Shown piece after piece: positions 25,096 to 37,719 of a stretch of DNA of 64,000 bases. The notes under the pieces are model-generated. The model was not told the DNA's origin, made no database searches, and was given only the letters and a program-made list of their open reading frames with translations. Source of the DNA: Malacoraja senta (lineage: Eukaryota). Positions within the stretch are counted from its first letter, which is position 1; the number at the start of each line of letters is the position of its first letter. Made by a program: the position numbers and the translations under genes. The stretch covers positions 868,001-932,000 of the forward strand of contig CM075988.1 in the NCBI GenBank assembly GCA_038087875.1. Direction: 5' to 3'.

Positions 25096-25428
25096 GTAGC
25101 GTTGGGTGATGGGGAAGGGCGGAGCTCGGGGCCGGGCATGAACAGGCGACAACTCGGGTCGGGACCCTTCTGAATGAGCACGGCGGCAGCGTGTGGAAAT
25201 GTTGACTGTTACGTTATGACATGAGACAGATGATGAAATGAGGAGCTCAGAGATGCAGAGCTGGATGACTCAATGATGTTGTCCCCGCAAGGCTGCTCTC
25301 CCAGTGTCCCGAAATAATGTACTCCCGTTACACATTCGGGTCCTACTCCATCCACAGGTCTGCAGATGACACCACTGAATCGTAAACGATGGTGAGACGG
25401 GGTGCAGGAAGGATGTAGAGTCATTATG

Positions 25429-26469
25429 TAGCAATGTTACAAAATTTTGAGATTTAAAAAATAAAGTCTGCAATTTATCCCATCAGATAAAGCATAAAAA
25501 GAAGTTTAATTTGACACTTAATTCACTTTCATATCTTCAGTATTAAAAAAGTTATGGCCATTATCATACTCAGAAATTAGCATATAGTTCCCTATTGCTT
25601 TTCCATTGACTTAACACAAAAGCTGTGATCGAGGACAGTTAAAAGCCCATAACTTTCTTAAAAATTATGGTAACTGAAAGAAATTTTCAGGTATTATAGA
25701 TTGAAGCATTCTGAAACAAATATGAAACAATCTTACTTCGAAGACATGAAAGTAAAGCATATAATTAGTTAGTTACCTAATTGTAGCTAATTACAAAATT
25801 CAATTACTAGATCTAAACATCTATCAATTTCTTAAGAATAGATTAACATTTTTAAATAGCCTAAGTGTCCAAATAACATTCACACAATAATTCACAATAT
25901 AACATAATTTTTAAATCTAATTTTCATGAATTTACAGGCCAAATGGAAGGAATTGAATGTTTAATACCTGTAAATTAATGGGGATTTAATTCATCTTGCG
26001 AGTGAGAATTTCTGGAACGCGATCTTTTGGAACGTTGATTTGCGGTGAATTTAACCCCGTATTGGCATGAAAAATACTGCCGTTAATTCGGGGAATAAAA
26101 TCACCGTGTCGCATGACAAAATGTGAATTAAAGGCTTCTTAAGAAGCACTTTTATACATTTAAAGAAAGCACTTTCGTTTACCTGTCCATTGTGTGAAAT
26201 CCGTCCCCGTTATTGGCTTTGACGCTTCAGGAGCTGCTTTTAAAATGACTGTAGCGCTGACATTGACGATTTAATTTAAAAAAAAAATTCACAAAACGGC
26301 GGTAGGAACGATTTTGTCAGCGAAGTTTTGTACTCCAACAAAATATTTCCAGGACAAGGGAGGAGAAACCGCGTTTTAACCCCGCCCCCCCCTTAAAGGC
26401 GCCAAAATCGCGCACACGGCCAGTGGCAGAATTACAGCGCGACTGAAGGTAAGTTTTGTAACATACCTA
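25429..26469. mobile_element. Non-autonomous TIR DNA transposon, copy 1
   Basis: Imperfect TIRs TAGCAATGTTACAAAATTT / AAGTTTTGTAACATACCTA; 7-bp TSD CATTATG. Confidence 0.88.
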
Positions 26470-26530
26470 CATTATGGATAGAGCTGAACATTTTAAAGGG
26501 TAAAAGGACCCGAATAGGAGTTATTTACAG

Positions 26531-26589
26531 TAGCGATGTTACAACATTTTGAGATTTTAAAAGTAAAGTCTGCAATTTATCCCATCAGA
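26531..26589. mobile_element. Left-end fragment of the same TIR family
   Basis: TAGCGATGTTACAACATTTTGAGATTT..CCCATCAGA. Confidence 0.75.
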
Positions 26590-29500
26590 ATGTCTGAGAA
26601 ACAATCTTCTCAAATACCAGGAAGCAGTAAAGTAGCAATGTTACAAAATTTTGAGTTTTAAAAAATCAAGTCTAATTTATCCCATCAGATAAGGCATAAA
26701 AAGACGTTTAATTTGACACCTAATTCACTTTCATATCTTCAGTATTAAAAAAGTTATGGCCATTTACATACTCGGAAATTAGCATCTTGTTCCCTATTGC
26801 TTTCCATTGACTTAACACAAAAGCTGTGATCGAGGACAGTCAAAAGCCCATAACTTTCTTAAAAATTAAGAGAACTGAAAGAAATTTTCAGTTATTATAG
26901 ATTGAAGCATTCTGAAACAAATATGAAACAATCTTACTTAGAAGACATGAAATTAAAGCATATAATTAGTTAGTTACCTAATTGTAGCTAATTACAAAAT
27001 TCAATTACTAGATCTAAACATCTATCAATTTCTTAAGAATAGATTAACATTTTTAAATAGCCTAAGTGTCCAAATAACATTCACACAAGAATTCACAATA
27101 TAACATAATTTTTAAATCTCATTGTCATGGATTTATAGGCCAAATGGAAGGAATTGAATGTTTAATACCTGTAAATTAATGGGCATTTAAATCATCTTGC
27201 AAGTGGGTTCTTCTGGAACGCGATCATTTGGAACGTTGATTTGCGGTGAATTTAACCCCGTATCGGCATGAAAAATACTGCTGTTAGTTCGGGGAAAAGA
27301 ATCACCGTTTCGCATTTAAAAATGTGAATTAAAGGCCTCTTAAGAAGCACTTTTATACATAAAATAAACTGCTTTCGTTTACCTGTCCTATGCATGAAAT
27401 CCGTCCCCGTTGTCGGCGTTGACGGCTTTCGAAGCTGATTTTAAAATAACTCCAGCGCTTAACTTGTCCATCGAATAAAAATAAAAAATACACAAAAACG
27501 CCCGTCGGAACGATTCTTCAGCAAAAGCTGGCACTCCAACGAAATATAATTCAGGACAAGGTAGGAGAAACCCGCGTTTTAACCCCGCCCCCCCCTCAAA
27601 GGCGCCAAAATCGCGCACACGGCCAGTGGCAGTATTGCAGCGCCGCTGAAGGTAAGTATTGTAACATACCTAAGTAAAGTCTGCGAGAACACAATACCTT
27701 TCTGACCTTATTTCCAAAAACGCTCAAAATTACAAAGGTCCTATTTAGTACTATTACCTCTCTCATATGTCCCGTCCCCAGTACCAGCTTAGCAGGGTCC
27801 CCTGCCAAGTGCGAAGAATTCTCTACTTTTTTCACCAGTAAAGTTGAGAACATTAGAATGAATATTTCCCCTCCCACCCGTGACCTAGCTGTCTCTTTGG
27901 TCTGTTCTTCTAAATTGGACTGCTTCCGACCCGTTACTCTATCTTCCCTTGTAAAGCTTGTCTCTACTATGAAACCTGCCCCCTTGACGTTGTTCCCACT
28001 GTCCTTCTGAAGAATGTCTTTGCACTAGTCGGTCCCAGTATCCTCTCTATCAGCAACAGTTCTCTGGCCACTGGCACTTTTGCAACCTGTTTCAAGCACG
28101 CGGTGGGTGGTCCAGCCCCTCCTGAAAAAACCTAACCTAGGCCTAGTATCTACAGACATATTTCCACACTGCCTTTCCTATCAAAAGTCCTCAAAAAGGT
28201 AATTCTAGACCAACTAATGCCTTATCTACACCAAAATTCCATCCTGGAAAGTTTCCAATCGGGTTTCAGGGCCCACCACAGCACAGAGTCTGCCTTGTTG
28301 AAGGTACACAACGACCTCCTTCTCACCCTCGACTCCGGCGACTGCAATCCTGTTCCTTCTCGATCTCCGAGCGGCGTTTGATACAGTGACCGTCCTAATT
28401 GACCGTCTCCGGTATTGATGTTGATGGCACTGCCCTGAGCTGGTTCGTTTCCTACCTAAAAATTAGGAGTTTCTCTACTAACATAGGCAATTCTTTCTCT
28501 TCCCCAGCTAGCCTTTTCTGCGGGGTTCCACAAGGCTCCATCCTAGGCCAATTTCTCTTCTCTCTGTATATGCTCCCCCTTGGCCAAGTCATCCAAAGGC
28601 ATGGCATTTCTTTCCACTGCCATGCAGATGATACACAGCTCTACCTCCCCCTGAAACCCAACAACCGGTCTAATTTAAATAGCCTCATGCACTGCCTCGA
28701 TGATTTAAAATACTGGATGGCTCAGAATTTCCTCCAACTTAACGAGAGCAAGTCTGAGGTCATCCTGCTTGGCCCTTCCGACTGCATCAAAACGTTAGCA
28801 GGCAGCCATGGAAGCCTAACCTCCTTAGTCAAACCGCAAGTCAAAAACCTTGCCGTGATATTTGACTCTGCATTAAAGTTTAACAAGCAAGTCAACTCTG
28901 TGGTAAAAGCTGGTTTCTTCCAGCTTCGAACAATAGCTAAAATCAAATCATTCCTCAAATTCGACGACGTTGAAAAAAATCATCCACGCATTCATCTTCT
29001 CCCGCCTTGACTACTGCAACTCCCTATACACTGGCATCAGCCAATCATCCCTGTCCCGCCTGCAATTGGTCCAAAACGCCGCAGCAAGACTTCTGACGGG
29101 TACCCGTAAAATTGACCACATCACCCGATCCTGGCCTCTCTCCACTGGCTCCCAGTACGGTACAGAATCAACTTCAAGCTCCTCTTATATGTATACAAAG
29201 CCCTTAACGGGCTTGTCCCCCCCCCCCCCCCATATCAAAAATCTTCTAACCCACCATCCTACCTCCAGGTCCCTCATGTCGGCCGACTTGGGGCCACTGA
29301 CTATCCCGCAGTCTATGTTTAAGCACTGGGGTGACTGCGCTTTTGCAGTTGCAGCACCTAGACTGTGGAATAGCATCCCGCTTCTCATCAGAACTGCCCC
29401 CTCCATCGACTCTTTTAAGTCTCGATTCAAAACCTATTTCTACTCCCTAGCGTTTTTGAGCCCCTCTGAGGGGGAGCTGTAAACAGTTTATGTATGTATT

Positions 29501-29600
29501 GTTGGGTCTGTCTACCGTTGTATGTATCAAATTAGTACCTGCACTGATGTGAAGCACTTTGGTCAATGTGCTATACAAATAAATATAATTATTATTATCG
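26590..29600 (+). mobile_element. L2-clade LINE, 5'-truncated and degenerate
   Basis: GVPQGSILG, HADDTQLY, SRLDYCNSL, LQLVQNAAARLLT, AFAVAAPRLWNS; tail AAGCACTTTG..TGTGCTATACAAATAAA(ATT)n; the reading frame is continuous across the TIR insertion. Confidence 0.92.
26633..27672. mobile_element. Non-autonomous TIR DNA transposon, copy 2, inserted in L2
   Basis: Colinear with copy 1; 7-bp TSD AGTAAAG (26626-26632, 27673-27679). Confidence 0.88.
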
Positions 29601-30520
29601 TAGTGGAGCCTACCAGGGAGAAGGCAATTCTAGATTTAGTGTTGTGTAACAAACCGGATTTGATAAGGGAACTCAAGGTAAAGGAACCATTAGGAGGTAG
29701 TGACCATAACATGATAAGTTTTAATCTGCAATTTGAGAGGGAGAGAAGGTGCAATCGGATGTGTCGGTATTGTAGCTGAGCAAAGGGGACTACAGAGGAA
29801 TGAGGGAGGAGTTGACCAAAATTGACTGGAAAGGGACCCTAGCAGAGGTGACGGTGGAACAGCAATGGCAGGAATTTCTGGGAATAATCTGGAAGATGCA
29901 GGATCTTTTAACTCCAAAGAGGAAGAAAGATTCTAGGGGGATAAAGAGGCAACCGTGGCTGACAAGGGAAGTCAAGGACAGTATAAAACTAAAAGAGAAG
30001 GTGTATAACATAGCAAAATTAGTGGGAAGCCAGAGGATTGGGAAGCTTTTAAAGAACAACAGAAGGTAACTAAAAAGGCAACACAGGGAGAAAATATGAA
30101 ATACGAAGGTAAGCTAGCCAATAATATAAAAAAGGATAGCAAGAGTTTCTTCAGTTATATAAAGAATAGGAAAGAGGCAAGAGTGGAAGTTGGACTGCTG
30201 GAGAATGTGCAGGGGAAGTGATAATGGGGAATAAAGAAATGGCAGAGGAGTAGAATAACTTTTTTTGCAACAGTCTTCACAGTGGAAGAGACCAGCAACG
30301 TGCCTGAAAATTCTGAGAGTTGTTGGGTGGAAGTTAGTGGAGTAGCTATTAGTAGGGAGAAGGTGCTTGGGAAGCTGAAAGGGCTAAAGGTGGATAAGTC
30401 ACATGGACCGGATGGACTGCACCCTAGTGTTCTGAAAGAGGTGGTTGCAGAGATTGTGGAGACATCGACAATGATATTTCAAGAATTGCTGGAGACAGGA
30501 GAGGTCCCAGATGACTGGAA
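29600..30520 (+). mobile_element. CR1 ORF2 internal fragment
   Basis: EPTREKAILDL, GSDH, QPWLTRE, GPDGLHP. Confidence 0.9.
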
Positions 30521-30714
30521 TTTTTTTGCATGTAGATTAGTGATATTATTACCTTACAATACCTGTCTAGCACATAATACAAAGAATCAGCCCACTGAAT
30601 CTATATGCAAAAGTTGCCAGGTTTTAACGTCATTTTACAGTCCCAGCTGCAGCTAGCCATCAGGCCTATTGAAGTGCAATAGTTATGCCCAAGACTCCAA
30701 GAAACTGAAAGGAG

Positions 30715-31075
30715 GATGTATAAACAAGGAATTACAGATGCTAGTTTACAAAAAAATAGTGCTTGATCAGCAGATCAGGCAGCATCCTTGGGAAACATGG
30801 ATCAGTGATGTTTTGGGTCGGGACCCTTCAGACTCATTGTAGGGATGGAAATGAGGACAAAGTGGCAGGTGAACACCAGCGAAAGGTATTTTCGATAGGC
30901 AAATGGTTGGACAAAGCCCATAGGTGAAAAAGTGGCAGACAAAAGGATTGAACAGTTGTGAATTGTGCAGCCAGAGGAGGGAAAGTAGATAGCGGGGAAG
31001 GAGAAAAATAGGTGCGAGCCCAGGTGGGGCGGAGGGGGAGGGGAATGGGTGAGGGGATGAAAGGGGACTTACAGA
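30715..31075 (-). mobile_element. Penelope terminal-repeat fragment, degenerate
   Basis: Similar to the other Penelope termini (AAGGAATTACAGATGCT..GGGTCGGGACCCTTCAGAC). Confidence 0.6.
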
Positions 31076-31129
31076 CAGACTTAACTCAGAGCTCCTGTGG
31101 ATTTTGATGAAACAGCAGCAAAGAGAAGC

Positions 31130-33640
31130 AGGAAAAAGCAGTGATTGGCTCTAGACCGAGTGGGAGGAGAGTTAGAAGTGAGTCAGAGGGGGAAAACAGT
31201 TTAAAACTGAGAATTTGGTTTGCAAATTGGTAAATTAGGCAATTTATCAGTCAATATAAGCAAGACGGCAGTGAGGGAGTGGCCTTGTGAGTAAAGTGTG
31301 AGTCTTTGGCTCGAGGGTCTTGTGAGTAAAGTGAGTTTTTGGCTCGAGAGTCTTCGGCAAGGAGAGGAGGCTACGCATAAAGCTCGAGAGGACGGAACAC
31401 GGTGAACACATGTCGAGGCAGATGAGACAGTGTGAGGCTTGCAGAATGTGGGAGCCCAGGCACACAGATGGAGCCTCTGGCTGCTACAACTGTAGCAAGT
31501 GCATCCAGCTTCAGCTCCTAAAGGACTGTGTTCGGGCACTGGAGAAGCAGCTGGATGACCTCAGGGCCATCCTGGAAAACAAGAGTTTCCTGGACAGGAC
31601 CTACAGTGAAGTAGTAACGCCGAGGTTACGGGAAGAACCAAGGTATGTGACGGAGAGAAAGGGTGGAAATCGTGGAGTACAGAAGATCCAGGTGGCTGTG
31701 CCTAATGAAAACAGGTACGCCCTCTTGGGAACTGTCCGGGGAGACAATGTTTCCAGTCCGCGAGGCGGACACGTCGGTGGCTCCAATCCTAGGGATGGGA
31801 CTCGACCGGCGAGACCGACATCGGGCAGAGCCCTAGTGGTGGGTGACTCCATTGTCTGAGGAACGGACAGGAGATTCTGTGGCAGCAGACGAGATGCGAG
31901 GATGGTCTGTTGCCTCCCTGGTGCCAGGGTTCAGGGTGTCACGAGCCAAATTCTGAACATCCTCGAAAGAAAAGGTGAACAGCCGGCAGTAGTTGTGCAC
32001 GGAGGCACAAACGACATCGGGAAGAAGAGGAATGAGGTTCTCCAACATGAGTTCAGAGAGTTGGGAAGAAGACTGAAATGCCGGACTTCTAGGGTGGTTA
32101 TCTCTGGATTGCTTCCAGTACCTCGTGCTGGTGAGGACAGGAACAGGGAGATAGGGGATCTGAATGTGTGGCTGAAGGGCTGGAGCAGGGAGCAAGGATT
32201 TAGATTTATCGACCACTGGGATCTCTTCTGGGGTAGGGGTGACCTGTACAAAAGGGACGGGTTACACCTTAACTGGAGGGGGACCGACATTCTGGCAGGC
32301 AGGTTTGCTAGGGCTACACGTGTGGGTTTAAACTAAATAGTGGGGGGGAGGGATTGACAAATTGGGAGTATAAAGATGGAGTTGAAGGGGAAGTGGCCAC
32401 AGGAAAAATTACAAAAGATTCTCGAATTAATGGGAAGGAAAGCTTGAGAATGGACAACAAAGTAAGGTCAGGGCCAATTGCGAGCGGTGCGAGGAGGGAA
32501 GTGAATACAGAGGTCAAAGTGTTGTTTATGAATGCGCGAAGTATAAGGAATAAAGTGGACGAGCTTGAGGCTCAGTTAGAAACTGGCAAGTATGATGATG
32601 TGGGAATTACTGAGACATGGCTGCAAGAGGGCCAGGGCTGGGAACTGAATATTCAAGGGTATACCTCCTATCGAAAAAACAGACAGGTGGGCAGAAGGGA
32701 TGGGGTTGCCCTGTTGGTGAGGAATGAAATTCAGTCCCTTGCAAGGGGTGACATTGAAACAGGAGATGTGGAGTCAGTATGGATAGAACTAAGGAATTGT
32801 AAGGGTAAAAATACCCTTGTCTACAGGCCCCCAAACAGTAGCCTGGACATAGGGCGCAAGTTGAATCAGGAGTTAAAATTGGCATGTAGCAAAAGTAATG
32901 CCGTGGTTGTTATGGGAGATTTCAACATGCAGATACTGGGAAAATCAGGTTGGTACTGAACCCCAAGAAAGGGACTTTGTAGAGTGCCTTCGTGATGGAT
33001 TCTTAGAACAGCTTGTATTGGAGCCTATCAGGGAGAAGGCAATTCTGGATTTAGTGCTATGTAATGAACCGGATTTGATAAAGGACCTCAAGGTTAATGA
33101 GCCATTAGGGGGCAGTGACCATAACATGGTCAGGTTTAATCTACAATTGGAGAGGGATAAGGGTAGATCGGAGGTGTCAGTGTTGCAGTTGAATAAAGGG
33201 GATTATGGGGCCATGAGGGAGGAGCTGGCCAAAGTTGACTGGAAAAATACACTAGCAGGGATGACAGTGGAACAAAAATGGCAGGTATTTCTAGGAATAA
33301 TACAGAAGGTGTAGGATCAGTTCATTCCTAGGAGGAAGAAAGATTCCAAGGGAAGAAAGGGACAACCATGGCTGACAAGGGACGTCAGGGACAGTATAAA
33401 AATTGAAGCGAAGAAGTACAATGTAGCAAAGCTGAGCGGGAAGCAAGAGGATTGGGTAATGTTTAAAGAACAACAGAAGATAACCAAAAAGACAATACGG
33501 GAAGAAAAGATGAGGTACGAAGGTAAGCTAGCCAAGAATATAAAGCAGGATAGTAAAAGCTTCTTTAGGTATGTGAAGAGGAAAAAATTAGTTAAGACCA
33601 AAGTTTGAAGACCGAAAAAGGTGAATTTTTAATGGGGAAT
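31130..33640 (+). mobile_element. CR1 LINE 5' half: ORF1 (Cys motif, coiled coil, SGNH esterase) and the APE part of ORF2
   Basis: 31410-32336 encodes CEAC..CSKC, LEKQLDDL, VVGDSIV (one in-frame stop), HGGTND and DGLHLN; 32354-33640 encodes NARSI, ITETWL and YRPPN. Confidence 0.92.
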
Positions 33641-34051
33641 TTTAATATCTCACGTGTGGTATCTCATAAAGGACTTCTGAAACTCTAAGTAAACAGCATC
33701 TGCTGACTCTTCTTTGTCTGTCCTGCTTGTTAATTCCTCAAAAAATTCTATCACATTTGTCAGCCAAGATCTCCCCTTTGTGATAGAATAGCATGAAGCC
33801 CTGCTGACTATGCTATTTTATCATGTGCTTCCAAGTTCCCCGAAACCTCTTCCTTAATATGGATTCTAAACATTACCAACCACAGAAGTCAAACTAACTG
33901 GCCTTTAATATACTTCCTTTTGCCTCGCTCCCTTCATAAACAATTATTCTGAACCCTGGGGTGTAGTCTGTCTGGTCCAGGTGACTTATGCACCTTCAGA
34001 CATTTCAGCTTCCCAAGCACTTTCTCCTCAGTAATAGCGACTGCACTCACT

Positions 34052-34403
34052 TTAGGACGACAGATGGCACAATGGGCTAAGTGTTCGGCTGGCAACCGGA
34101 AGGTAGCCGGTTCGAATCCCGCTTGGAGTGCATACTGTCGTTGTGTCCTTGGGCAAGACACTTCACCCACCTTTGCTTGCGTGTGAATGTGTGTGAATGT
34201 GTGTGAGTGATTGGTGGTGGTCGGAGGGGCCGTAGGCGCAGATTAGCAGCCACGCTTCCGTCAGTCTGCCCCAGGGCAGCTGTGGCTACAGAAGTAGCTC
34301 ACCACCACCGAGTGTGACTGAGGAGTGAATGAATAATGCGATGTAAAGCACCTTGAGTATTAGGAAGGCGCTATATAAATCCCATCCATTATTATTATTA
34401 TTA
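34052..34403 (+). mobile_element. tRNA-derived SINE with an L2-type tail
   Basis: A-box-like TGGCACAATGGG, B box GGTTCGAATCC, tail GTAAAGCACCTTGAG..AAGGCGCTATATAAAT..(ATT)n. Confidence 0.88.
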
Positions 34404-34972
34404 CTTCTGCCCTGTGACCCTCCTGAATTTCTTGCATGTTGCTGGTGTCTTCCACTGTGAAGACAGACAAAAAAATATTTTCTGTGTTCCCCACTACTAC
34501 TTCTCCAGTGTTATTTTCCAGCGATCCAATTTCCACTCTTGCATCTCTTGTGCTCTTTATATATCTGATAAAACATTTGGTATCATTTGTATTAATAGCT
34601 AGCTGACCATCACATTTTATCTTTTCTCCCCTTATTGGTTTGTTTTAGATGCCTTCTGTTGATTTTTAAAAGCTTCCCACTAATCTTTCCGTTATATGTC
34701 TTCTCTTTTGCTTTTATGCTGTCTTTGATGTCCTTTGACAGCCATGGACCAGTGGCCTCATTCTCCAGTGGTATGTTTCTTCCTCTTTGGGATGTAAAGA
34801 ACCTGCATCTTCTGATTACTCCTAGAAACTCCTGCCATTGCTGCTCCACCATCATTCCTTCACTGGTCCCCTTCCATTCAACCTTAGCCAGCTCCTCCCT
34901 CATGCCTCTGTAGTTACCTTTACTCGTCATTAATACCGAGACATCTGATTTCAGCTACTCCTTCTCAAACTG

Positions 34973-35266
34973 CATCTGCACCTCCAACCTCATCTATTGC
35001 ATCCGCTGTTCCAGGTGTCAGCTGCTCTACATCGGTGAGACCAAGGTTAGGCTTGGCGATCGCTTAACCCAACACCTCCACTCAGTACGCATTAACCAAC
35101 TTGATCTCCCGGTGGCTCAGCACTTCAATTCCCCCTCCCATTCCAAATCCGACCTTTCTGTTCTGGGCCTCCTCCATGGCCAGAGTGAGGCCCACTGCAA
35201 ATTGGAGGAGCAGCACCTCATATTTTGCTTGGGTAGTCTACTCCCCAGCGGTATGAACATTGACTT
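34973..35266 (+). mobile_element. Internal Penelope GIY-YIG fragment
   Basis: Reverse complement of 43014-43307 with 2 mismatches by my reading. Confidence 0.9.
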
Positions 35267-36665
35267 CCTCTTTTCATATTAAATTGGGAACATTGACTTC
35301 TCACACTGCAATTTGAATTTTATCATATTATGATCATTGCCTTCTCGGGGTTCCTTCCCTTAAGCTCCATAATCAAGTCTGGTTCATTGCACAACACCAA
35401 ATTATATTTTCTATAGTGGGCTCGACCACAAGCTGTTCGTCAACATTTTACAAATTCCTTCTCTTGTACCAACCTGATTTTCCCAGTCTACTTGCGCTTG
35501 CATGTTGAAATCCTCGATGATCAGTGTAACATTACCTATTCTATTTCCTGATGTAATTTGTTCCCTACATCCTGACTACTATTCAGAGACTTTTAGATAA
35601 CTCTCTACAGTGTTTTTACCATTGTAGTATCTTAACTCTACTAACAAGGATTCTACATCATCTAAACCATTAGATGTTTCACTTAGATTAATTACTTAGA
35701 TGTACTTTTCAGTAATCGGTAGTTTACAAGTATTCATTCTTGTTTGCATTTAATGCCCAGAACTGGCACTCAATAATCTCCCTGAAGAGTTATTAAACAA
35801 GATGTGCTCAGTCACTTAAGGAGACAATCTATGGCAAAGAATGGGAGAAACAGAGGTTTTGAGATAATCTCAAAACCTGAGGCAAAGCAAAGAAAACAGA
35901 AGTTCTAAAGGGCAGAAAGTGGAGAAATTGAGTTAGTTAGCATATAAACAGCTCCGTCAGGCCTCAAAAGACGATGCTTCACCCATTCTTATTCTTCCTA
36001 ACATCAACCCCCACCAAAATCTATCATCATTTAACTGCGGATGTCTCAGATGTGCAAGGAATCTTGAGCACTGGAACGAATCCTAGAAAATCCACGTATA
36101 GTTTGCGATTGAACCCTGCTCACTGGAGCAGCGAGGCATCTGTACTAACTACAAATAGACACAAAATGCTGGAGTAACTCAATGGGACAGGCAGCGTCTT
36201 TGGAGAGAAGGAATGGGTGACGTTTTGGGTTGAGACCCTTTAGGCACGACCTGAAATGTCACCCATTCCTTCTCTCCAGAGATGCTCCAGCTTTTTGTGT
36301 CCATCTTCTGTTTAAACCAGCATCTGCAGTTCCCTCCTGCACATTGTACCAACTGCAACACCGTGCCAATCTCATCAGAGGATTGAAGAGCTGTAGGACG
36401 GTCCAGGGTTTGCGGGCTATAGTTATTTCAGAACATGGCTGAGAATTTAATAATTGAGACATTACTTAACCAAAAGTTAATTTGTGGTCAGTCAGCACAG
36501 GCTGAGCAGTGTGTGAATTGAATAGTGCAAGATACCGCAAGCCAAGATATGGAAGGGTTGTAGATTATGGAGTACATAGGCATGAATGGGATTTCGGCAA
36601 TAGATGAACTGAGTAATGAGGCCCTGTGGGCAATGTTATAAGAGTAGAGAAAGATGGTATTATGA

Positions 36666-36940
36666 AAGGGCGGCACGGTGGCGCAGCGTAGAGTTGTCTT
36701 ACAGCGCCAGAGATCCTAACTATATGCTGGGTGCTGTCTGTACAGAGTTTGTATATTCTCCACATGACCTGCGTGGGTTTTCTCTGGGAGCTCCGGTTTC
36801 TTCCCATACTCCAAAGATGTACAGGTTTTTAGGTTAATTGTCTTGGTTAAATTGTCCCTAATGTGTAGGATGGTGCTTGTGTATGGGGATCGATAGTTGG
36901 CACGGACTCGGTAGGCTGAAGGACCTGTTTCCACGCTATT
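36666..36940 (+). mobile_element. HE1/V-SINE-type SINE
   Basis: GGGCGGCACGGTGGCGCAG head, V-like core (GAGTTTGTATATTCTC..GGTTTCTTCCCA..TAAATTGTCCCT) and a CR1-like tail. Confidence 0.8.
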
Positions 36941-37321
36941 AAAAAAAAAGCTACACTTGTTGGAAGCTGATCCCAGAGCAAGGCTATGACAGTAAGGTCG
37001 TATTTGGATCAGATTGAGGTAGTATCCAGTGTGATAGATGAAGTAAGCTGGGAGGGAACATAAGTTTTGGTGACGAACAAAGATAACATGTTTCTTTAAG
37101 ATCCAATAGCGTTATACCTAATCTGTGGTCTATACTTCTGAAGACAAACTATGGTTTCTGAGTTTAAATGCCAATAACTAAATGAGGCACAGAGTTGCAC
37201 CAACATAGGAGTTGCAGCAAGTGAGTATGTTATTGGTATTGGTTTATTCTTGTCACATATACTGAGATACAGTGAAAAACATTTGGGTCTTATTGAGGCA
37301 GATCATGCCATTACCATGCAT

Positions 37322-37661
37322 GAGGTCCACCACCGATTTTGTGGCAATTGATGGTCCTTAAATTTGTACAAAATCAAAAGAGTGCATTTGAAGTCTCTCC
37401 GAAAATGTAGTGCCTGGGCCAGATACGGCGGCCGATCTCAACCTCATTGTGGTTTCTGCGCTAATCGGTGGGTCAAATATGCCCCCTGTGGCGGGGGCTC
37501 TGTATCTCTGGCCCAGCTGATCCCGGTAGTTCCGCTCCCATAGCCGACTTCCGCGGCTGACTTTGTGGCCCCCGAAGGCTGTGACCTCTGTTGGTCCGGC
37601 AAAACTGATAATACGGCAAGGCTCTGGATGCAAGGGTGCTGGAAAATCGGTGGTGGACATG
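37322..37661. mobile_element. MITE, probably Tc1/mariner-pogo type
   Basis: Perfect 16-bp inverted repeats GTCCACCACCGATTTT (37325-37340) / AAAATCGGTGGTGGAC (37643-37658); TA on the right flank, left flank degenerate. Confidence 0.7.
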
Positions 37662-37719
37662 TAATCACACAATAAACATGCGTACAACAGGCAGTGTAAA
37701 ATGAGAAAGGAATCAGAGT

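Larger units (their letters stand above)
24130..25200 (+). promoter_or_regulatory. CpG-island promoter of SIAE
   Basis: Very GC/CpG-rich, many GGGGCGGGGC boxes, three perfect TGACGTCA palindromes (24725, 24796, 24847); contains coding exon 1. Confidence 0.8.
33645..35680 (-). mobile_element. Older CR1 ORF2 fragments with nested SINE and Penelope piece
   Basis: KSPGPD and MREELAKVEW..EQQWQEF on the minus strand. Confidence 0.8.

Noticed and set aside
31410..32336. SGNH esterase ORFs (also 56779-57264) inside an esterase gene, as possible SIAE exons or paralogues
   Set aside because: They are the known CR1 ORF1 esterase domain, directly followed by CR1 ORF2; the co-location is coincidental.
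33600..33700. CR1 strand switch as a twin-priming inversion
   Set aside because: The two parts overlap in ORF2 coordinates and differ in divergence, so they look like separate insertions.
34052..34135. tRNA gene
   Set aside because: The A/B boxes belong to a SINE head followed by a SINE body and tail; no complete cloverleaf evident.
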